A stretch of DNA of 64,000 bases, from assembly GCA_037443365.1 (NCBI GenBank), contig JBBIOM010000002.1, positions 61,331 to 125,330 of the forward strand, read 5' to 3'. Shown here one piece after another: positions 58,162 to 64,000 of the stretch. The number at the start of each line of letters is the position of its first letter. Position 1 is the stretch's first letter. Position numbers and translations under genes: made by a program. This DNA comes from Armatimonadota bacterium. Lineage in GTDB: Bacteria > Sysuimicrobiota > Sysuimicrobiia > Sysuimicrobiales > Humicultoraceae. The notes under the pieces are model-generated. The model had not been told where the DNA came from and did not search any database. It saw only the letters and a program-made list of their open reading frames with translations.

Positions 58162-59192
58162 CACTTCGTCCAAAGGCTCCCCTGCGCGCGCGCGCCCTCT
58201 GGAGCGGTCAGGCCCAGGTGGACGTAGGCGGCCGGCGTGGCGCGTCGTCCGGCAGGCGTGCGGGCGATGAGCCCGGCCTTCAGGAGGTAGGGCTCCACCA
58301 CCTCCTCGAGGGTATCGGTCTCCTCGTGCAGTGATGCGGCCAGGGCCTCGATGCCAGCAGGGCCGCCCGCGTACACCTGGATCAGGGTGCGCAGCAGGTC
58401 GCGGTCGAGGCCGTCCAGCCCCAGGTGATCCACACCCTCGAACTCGAGCGCCTCCTGCGCGACGGTCCGGGTCACGACGCCGTCGGCCCGCACCTGCGCG
58501 TAGTCGCGCACACGGCGCAGCAGCCGGTTCGCGATCCTGGGCGTGCCGCGCGAACGCCGCGCGATCTCCTCGGCTCCTCCCTGCTCCACCGGCACCTGCA
58601 GGATCCCGGCCGAGCGCAGCACGACCCGTATCAGATCCTCGACCGTGAAGAAGTCGAGGTGGTGGAATATCCCGAACCGCTCGCGTAGGGGACTCGACAG
58701 CAGCCCGGCGCGCGTCGTCGCACCCACCAGCGTGAACGGCCGGAGCTGGTAGCGCAACGTGCGCGCGTGCTGCCCCTTGTCCAGCACGAAGTTCACGCAG
58801 AAGTCCTCCATGGCGGGATAGAGCAGCTCCTCGATCCCGCGCGAGAGACGGTGGATCTCGTCGATGAACAACACGTCTCCGGCGCCCAGGTTGGTGAGGA
58901 TGCCCATGAGGTCGCCGCCCCGCTCCAGCGCCGGGCCGCTCGTGGCGACGAACTGCGCGCCCATCTCGCGGGCCACTACCGCAGCCAGCGTGGTCTTGCC
59001 GAGCCCGGGTGGGCCGTGGAGCAGGACGTGGTCGAGCGACTCGCTCCGCCCGCAGGCGGCGTCAATGCTGATGCGCAACCCCTCGATGACCCGCATCTGC
59101 CCGATGCACTCGGCGAGACGCTGAGGCCGCAGGCTGCGCATGACCTGCTCCTCCTCGCTCGAGGCCTCGGGGTCGAGGCGCTTGCGGCTCAT
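58161..59192 (-). CDS. ruvB: Holliday junction DNA helicase RuvB
   Basis: Motifs [27 protein letters not shown] and [17 protein letters not shown]. Confidence 0.97.
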   Translation of the reverse strand: MSRKRLDPEASSEEEQVMRSLRPQRLAECIGQMRVIEGLRISIDAACGRSESLDHVLLHGPPGLGKTTLAAVVAREMGAQFVATSGPALERGGDLMGILTNLGAGDVLFIDEIHRLSRGIEELLYPAMEDFCVNFVLDKGQHARTLRYQLRPFTLVGATTRAGLLSSPLRERFGIFHHLDFFTVEDLIRVVLRSAGILQVPVEQGGAEEIARRSRGTPRIANRLLRRVRDYAQVRADGVVTRTVAQEALEFEGVDHLGLDGLDRDLLRTLIQVYAGGPAGIEALAASLHEETDTLEEVVEPYLLKAGLIARTPAGRRATPAAYVHLGLTAPEGARAQGSLWTK

Positions 59193-59812
59193 TCGCCCTC
59201 GCTCCGTTCTATCCGGTAGACTTCCTGGAAGAGGGCGTCGGCCGAGTCCAGGTGCGGGGCGCGGCGCAGCGCCTCCTCCACCATCCGGCGGGCCTCGGCC
59301 GCGCGGTGCCCGAGCTGGCGGGTGAGCACGAGAACAACCTCCTCGCGGAAGTCGGCCTCCGGGGGCCTGGGAGGCCCGACGGCCTCGCGCAGCAGCGCGT
59401 ACTTGCCCATCTTGCCGTGCAGGGTGGCGATCACCTTCTCCGCGCTCCGTCCGCCGATGCCCGGCAGGCGCTGCAGGAAGACCGCGTCCCGGCGCTCGAT
59501 CGCGTCGGCTATGTCGTGGATCGAGCGCACCATGGCGCGCACCGCCTTGGTCGGTCCCAGGCCGTCCACCGTGATGAACCGCTCGAAGAACTCCTGCTCG
59601 ATTTCGCGCAGGAATCCGATCAGCACCGGCCGGGGCTGGTTGGCCGTCACGTGGTATGAGACGAACAGCTCGAGCGGTGCGTCCCCCTCACCGGAGGGCA
59701 GCGCGGCCTCCACCACGGGCGGCAGCGACACCTCGTAGCCCACGCCGCCCACATCGAGCACGACTACCCCCTCGCCTCGGCGCAGCACCTTCCCGCGCAG
59801 GAATCGGATCAT
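59189..59812 (-). CDS. ruvA: Holliday junction branch migration protein RuvA
   Basis: Motifs MIRFLRG, GGVGYEV, VDGLGP and LPGIG. Located between ruvC and ruvB. Confidence 0.9.
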   Translation of the reverse strand: MIRFLRGKVLRRGEGVVVLDVGGVGYEVSLPPVVEAALPSGEGDAPLELFVSYHVTANQPRPVLIGFLREIEQEFFERFITVDGLGPTKAVRAMVRSIHDIADAIERRDAVFLQRLPGIGGRSAEKVIATLHGKMGKYALLREAVGPPRPPEADFREEVVLVLTRQLGHRAAEARRMVEEALRRAPHLDSADALFQEVYRIERSEGE

Positions 59813-60294
59813 CGCGGGCCCCTCCCCATTCGGGCCAGCCCGGCGCACGCCAACGCCAGGGCGTCGGCGGCGTGCTGTGAGGGCCGGCGGCGCAGCCCCA
59901 GCAGCGCGCGTACGGCCTCCTGGACCTGCGCCTTGGTGGCGCGTCCCGAACCCGTCACCGCTCGCTTCACCACGCTGGGTGCCAGGGCCATCATCCGTGC
60001 GCCAGAGGTGGCCACGGCCAGGCAGATCACGCCGCGCGCGTGTCCCAGCACGATGGCGGTCCTAGGAAACCGCGGATGCGCGAACAGGTCTTCCAGGACC
60101 ACCACTTCGGGCTGCACCTCGCGCAGCAGGCCAAGGACGTCCTCGTGCAGCTGCCGCAGGCGTGTCGCCAGGTCGCCCCGCCTGCCGGTCGTAAGCACTC
60201 CCATCTCCACGACCCTGGGGCGGGTGCCCCCGCCCTCCAGGACGCCGTACCCTGTGTGCTCCAGACCGGGATCAATCCCCATCACACGCGGCAC
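59809..60294 (-). CDS. ruvC: Crossover junction endodeoxyribonuclease RuvC
   Basis: Motifs GIDPGL..TGYG, LGHARGV, VKRAVTGSGRATK and HAADALALA. Confidence 0.94.
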   Translation of the reverse strand: MPRVMGIDPGLEHTGYGVLEGGGTRPRVVEMGVLTTGRRGDLATRLRQLHEDVLGLLREVQPEVVVLEDLFAHPRFPRTAIVLGHARGVICLAVATSGARMMALAPSVVKRAVTGSGRATKAQVQEAVRALLGLRRRPSQHAADALALACAGLARMGRGPR

Positions 60295-60295
60295 G

Positions 60296-61039
60296 TTACC
60301 CAGCCTGCTGCAGTATCTCGTCCGGGATGTCGAAGTTGGCGTGCACACCCTGCACGTCATCCAGCTCCTCGAGCGCGTCGAGCAGCCGCAGGACCTGCTG
60401 GGCCTCCTTGCCCTCGACGCGGACCGTGGTCTTGGGGTGCATGCGTATCTCGGCACCGGAGAGGCCCACCCCTCGCGCCTCCAGGGCCTGCTTGACCTTG
60501 AAGGTCGCCTCCGGCGCGGTGAGGACCTCATAGGCCTCGTCGGTGGTGCGCACGTCCTCGCCGCCGGCCTCGAGAGCGGCCAGGAGGAAGTCGTCCTCGG
60601 ACAGGCCGCCCTTGGGCGCGGTCACGGTGCCCTGGCGCTCGAACATCCAGGCAACCGAGCCGCCACCCAGGCTGCCGCCGTGCCGCGTGAAGACCGCGCG
60701 CACCTCGCCCGCGGTGCGGTTGCGGTTGTCGGTCAGCGCCTCCACCATGACCGCCACGCCGCCCGGCGCATACCCCTCGTAGACGACCGACTCGTAGTCC
60801 GCGCCGGCTTGTTCCCCACTTCCCCGTTGCACGGCCCGATGGATGTTGTCGTTGGGCATTCCGGCTTCCCTGGCCCGCTCGATCGCTGTGCGCAGGCGCA
60901 TGTTGGCGTCGGGGTTGCCGCCGCCCTCCTTGGCCGCCACCATGATCTCACGCGAGACCTTGCTGAACAGCTTGCCGCGCACGAGGTCTACCTTCTGCTT
61001 CTTTATCTTGATGTTGTGCCACTTGGAATGCCCTGACAT
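60296..61039 (-). CDS. yebC: YebC/PmpR family protein
   Basis: Motifs MSGHSKWHNIK, YEGYAPGG, LTDNRNRT and DDVQGVHAN. Confidence 0.96.
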   Translation of the reverse strand: MSGHSKWHNIKIKKQKVDLVRGKLFSKVSREIMVAAKEGGGNPDANMRLRTAIERAREAGMPNDNIHRAVQRGSGEQAGADYESVVYEGYAPGGVAVMVEALTDNRNRTAGEVRAVFTRHGGSLGGGSVAWMFERQGTVTAPKGGLSEDDFLLAALEAGGEDVRTTDEAYEVLTAPEATFKVKQALEARGVGLSGAEIRMHPKTTVRVEGKEAQQVLRLLDALEELDDVQGVHANFDIPDEILQQAG

Positions 61040-61055
61040 TACAGCGCCACCTCAC

Positions 61056-63407
61056 TCAGCGGCCGTGCTGGTCGGAGGCCGGTTCGACGACCTTGACCGT
61101 GCGCGAAGCCCGCGACCCGTTCAGCCCAATGGCCGTGACCGTGATCACGTACTGCGTGCCCGCCGCCCTGTAGGACGGCCGGAATTCGTATGCAAAGCGT
61201 CCGCCGGCCCCGGACTGCATCGAGACCTCCGCCGCCCGCGCCCCGCCGCCCGCGCCCTCGGCGGTCACGATGATCGTCACCATGGCCCCGGGAGCCGTGG
61301 AGCCCTCGATGACGAAGGGTGGCGAGAGCGCCGCGCCGTCGGATGGTGCCACGACGACGAGCGGGGTGGGCTCGGTGCTTCCACCAGCCAGACCGCCGCC
61401 GCTCAGATCGTATCGCGTGGGCGCCGAGGCGCGCGTGAACACCTCGCGACGCGGGTGGGGACACGCCGGCGTCGCCAGCTGCCATGTGCCGGCGCACACG
61501 GTGGTTACAACCACTCCCTCAGGGGGCTGCCAGTCATCGGGCGGGAAGCGCGCGCTGGCCTCGCGCATGAAGGCCGCCCAGATCTCGGAGGGCACCATGC
61601 CGCCGACGACCCGGCGCATCGGCGAGTTATCGTCGTTGCCGGTCCACACAACGGTCGCCAGGTGCGGAGTGTAGCCCACAAACCAGGCGTTGCGGTAGTC
61701 ATCGGTCGTGCCGGTCTTGCCCGCGGCAGGACGCCCGATCCCGGCGGCCACGCCGGTCCCGCGTTCGATCACGCCCTTGAGCAGGTCGGTCATGATGTAG
61801 GCAACCTCGGGCGAGAGCCCCACCTGCCGCCGGGACCGGTGCTCCTCCAGCACCTTGCCGCGGGTGTCGGTGATCTTGAGGATCGCCAGCGGCGCCGCGC
61901 GCAGCCCGCCGTTGGCGAGCGTACCGGCCGCGATTGCCATCTCAAGCGGCGTGACATCGGCCGATCCCAGGGCCAGGGAGAGGTGCGGCTGCAACGGGCC
62001 CTCGATCCCCATCGCGCGCGCGGCCTCGATGACCTTCTCGGGACCCAGCTCCACGAGCATGCGCGCTGCGGGTACGTTGATCGAGCGCTCCAGGGCGCGG
62101 CGCAGCGTCACCGGTCCCGAGAACTTGCCGTCGTAGTTCTTGGGGGTCCAGTCCGGCGCGCCGCGGATCTTGTACGTGATCGGCTCGTCCTCGAGGATGC
62201 GCGTGGGCGGGACGCCTGATGCGATGGCCGCCGCGTAGACGAAGATCTTGAACGCGGAGCCAGGCTGGCGGCGGGCCTGCCAGGCGCGGTTGAACTGGCT
62301 GGTCGTGAAGTCCACGCCACCGATCATGGCGCGGATCGCGCCCGTCTTCGGGTCGACCGCCACGAGAGAGGCCTGGCCCACGTTCAGTTTGCGGCGCTCG
62401 GCGCTGGCGATCCCGGCGCGCACGGCCTTCTCCGCGGCGGCCTGCATCTTGGCATCGAGCGTGGTGTGCACCTGGAGCCCGCCGCCGTAGACCAGCTGCT
62501 CGCCGTAGGTCTCAAGCAGGCGCGCCAGGATCATCGAGACGAAGTAGGGCGCGCGCATGCCCACCAGGCCGGCGTTGGACGGCGGGGCCAGGGGGATCTG
62601 TGCGTTGCGCGCGGCGGCGGCCTCCTGCGTGCTGATGTAACCCAGGGCTGCCATGCGCGAGAGCACGAGCGCCTGCTTCTCGCGGGCCACGGCCAGGTTG
62701 CGATGCGGCGAGTAGATCGAGGGCGCGCGGATAACCCCGGCCAGCATCGCGGCCTCGGGCAGCGTCACGTCCCGCACCGGCTTGCCGAAGTAGACGCGCG
62801 ATGCCATCTCGACGCCGTAGGCGCCGTGTCCGAAGTAGTACTGGTTCAGGTAGCGCTCGAGGATCTCTTCCTTGGTGAGGCGGCGCTCGATCTCAAGCGC
62901 CAGCAGCACCTCGGCGATCTTGCGGCTGAGCGCCTTCTCCTGCGAGAGGAAGAGCATGCGCGCGAGCTGCTGGGTGATCGTGCTGCCGCCCTCCACCAGC
63001 TCGCCCTCGCGCAGATTGCGCCACAGGGCGCGCGCGATCCCGCGCGGGTCCACGCCCCTGTGGCTGAAGAAGCGCTCGTCCTCGATGGCGAGCACGGCCT
63101 GCCGCATCACCGGAGGGATCTCGGTCAGCGGCACGATCTGCCGGTTCTCGCGGAAGAGCGAGGCGATCAGCTCGCCGTCGTGTCCGTAGATCCGCGTGGA
63201 CTGGCTGGGAGGTGCGTACAGCCGCGATACGTCGTGGACCTGCCGCCCAACGGCGACCGCCACCCCAAGCGCCACACCGCCGCCGAGCAGCAGCACGAGG
63301 CCCAGCAGCACGAGCAGCACGACAATGCCCTTCCAGGAAGACCGCCGGGGCCTGGGGCGCCGCGTACGGCTGCGATAGGGTTCGTAGGGCGGACGCCTGG
63401 GTGCCAT
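61056..63407 (-). CDS. Class A penicillin-binding protein (PBP1A family) with C-terminal Ig-like extension
   Basis: N-terminal TM helix. Transglycosylase motifs EDERF..H.GVD and GGSTITQQL. Transpeptidase motifs SAFK, SIN and KTGT. An alternative start is at ATG 63431. Confidence 0.93.
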   Translation of the reverse strand: MAPRRPPYEPYRSRTRRPRPRRSSWKGIVVLLVLLGLVLLLGGGVALGVAVAVGRQVHDVSRLYAPPSQSTRIYGHDGELIASLFRENRQIVPLTEIPPVMRQAVLAIEDERFFSHRGVDPRGIARALWRNLREGELVEGGSTITQQLARMLFLSQEKALSRKIAEVLLALEIERRLTKEEILERYLNQYYFGHGAYGVEMASRVYFGKPVRDVTLPEAAMLAGVIRAPSIYSPHRNLAVAREKQALVLSRMAALGYISTQEAAAARNAQIPLAPPSNAGLVGMRAPYFVSMILARLLETYGEQLVYGGGLQVHTTLDAKMQAAAEKAVRAGIASAERRKLNVGQASLVAVDPKTGAIRAMIGGVDFTTSQFNRAWQARRQPGSAFKIFVYAAAIASGVPPTRILEDEPITYKIRGAPDWTPKNYDGKFSGPVTLRRALERSINVPAARMLVELGPEKVIEAARAMGIEGPLQPHLSLALGSADVTPLEMAIAAGTLANGGLRAAPLAILKITDTRGKVLEEHRSRRQVGLSPEVAYIMTDLLKGVIERGTGVAAGIGRPAAGKTGTTDDYRNAWFVGYTPHLATVVWTGNDDNSPMRRVVGGMVPSEIWAAFMREASARFPPDDWQPPEGVVVTTVCAGTWQLATPACPHPRREVFTRASAPTRYDLSGGGLAGGSTEPTPLVVVAPSDGAALSPPFVIEGSTAPGAMVTIIVTAEGAGGGARAAEVSMQSGAGGRFAYEFRPSYRAAGTQYVITVTAIGLNGSRASRTVKVVEPASDQHGR

Positions 63408-63445
63408 GGTTGTTGATCCCGGCAAAACCATGCCGGATCCGCATT

Positions 63446-63454
63446 ATTGTACCA
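63446..63454 (-). promoter_or_regulatory. Putative extended -10 promoter (TGgTACAAT) for the pbp1A-yebC-ruv operon
   Basis: Minus strand TGTGTGGTACAAT just upstream of the PBP start codons. Confidence 0.5.
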
Positions 63455-63463
63455 CACAGGGTT

Positions 63464-63487
63464 GGCCGCCGGCGGCCGCCGGCGGCC
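63464..63487. repeat. 24-bp perfect GC-only palindrome
   Basis: GGCCGCCGGCGGCCGCCGGCGGCC equals its own reverse complement and is also ~2.4 tandem copies of GGCCGCCGGC. Confidence 0.75.
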
Positions 63488-63741
63488 GAGGTGGCAGGCG
63501 CCGGGGCGTGTCCCGAACGGCGCCGCAACAAGTCCGGGGACGCGCTCTGGGCTCCGCGTCCCCGGGCTCCATCTCGGTTGGTGGAGACGAGTGGAGCACG
63601 AAGTCTCCGGAGATCAGCCCAGCCGCCCTCCTGCGTTCGATCTCTGGGAGAACCCAGATAGCCATCATATGTTCAACGACGCGCCGCGACATTCCGTCAG
63701 GGAATTGAGGCGTTTCCATACCTTTACCGGGCCCGATGAGA

Positions 63742-64000
63742 TCAGGCCACCGGTGCCGCCCTCGGAGTCCTGAGGGCGCGAACCGCCGCCTCGTATTCTT
63801 TCCGCGTCAGCCGGATGTGACTGCGGCGCCGCATGAGCCTGCGTAGGTCGCGACCATCCACACTCAGGGTTTCCAAGGGCACACCGTCGTGAACGAAGTC
63901 GCAGCTGAGGTCAAGGCGGATGTCCACCCACCACGGGTACCGTGGTCGTCTGTCTGTATGCTCCTCGTAGGCGTAGCTGGTCACCTCCCCCTCATCGAAG
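63742..64000 (-). CDS. Hypothetical protein, C-terminal part (gene probably enters from the right window edge)
   Basis: Open frame ending ...RYPWWVDIRLD..VPLETL..HIRLTRKEYEAAVRAL, loosely reminiscent of EVE/PUA-like C-termini. Identity unconfirmed. Confidence 0.5.
   Translation of the reverse strand, partial: FDEGEVTSYAYEEHTDRRPRYPWWVDIRLDLSCDFVHDGVPLETLSVDGRDLRRLMRRRSHIRLTRKEYEAAVRALRTPRAAPVA

Noticed and set aside
1-64000. CRISPR arrays, tRNA/rRNA genes, IS elements, integrases, defence systems
   Set aside because: No regularly spaced repeats, cloverleaf-sized gaps or transposase/integrase motifs were seen. Intergenic spaces are nearly all under ~150 bp.

Overview
High-GC bacterial chromosomal window. 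Almost every real gene lies on the minus strand; most long plus-strand ORFs in the track are antisense shadows. Positions ~1-38.9 kb hold a near-contiguous Wood-Ljungdahl (reductive acetyl-CoA) supercluster. In transcription order: cooC-cooS-acsB-acsC-acsV-acsF(cooC2)-DUF3786-acsD-acsE-folC-metV-fhs-split hdrA/hdrA-mvhD-hdrC-hdrB-metV-metF-two single-domain response regulators-metF-cNMP-domain histidine kinase-large hdrA(hdrL-type)-mvhD-hdrCB-fchA-folD-nuoE/nuoF-like-selenocysteine formate dehydrogenase-fumarate hydratase alpha/beta. Upstream lie a class II aldolase-fold gene, a GAF kinase/NarL pair, a polyprenyl synthase, ccmABCDEF, a GT2-BshB1-BshC-like triad, and the housekeeping block pbp1A-yebC-ruvCAB-spoIID-queA-gdh-tgt-yajC. 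The most striking feature is the large HdrA. Its N-terminus is a degenerate copy (cNMP-like domain plus HisKA helices, phosphoacceptor His replaced by Tyr) of the sensor kinase encoded just upstream. This suggests a flavoenzyme physically wired to a two-component system inside the MTHFR-Hdr module. The same gene is interrupted by a frameshift at a G10 tract. I found no tRNA, rRNA, CRISPR array or mobile element. All calls come from motif recognition by eye, not database searches.
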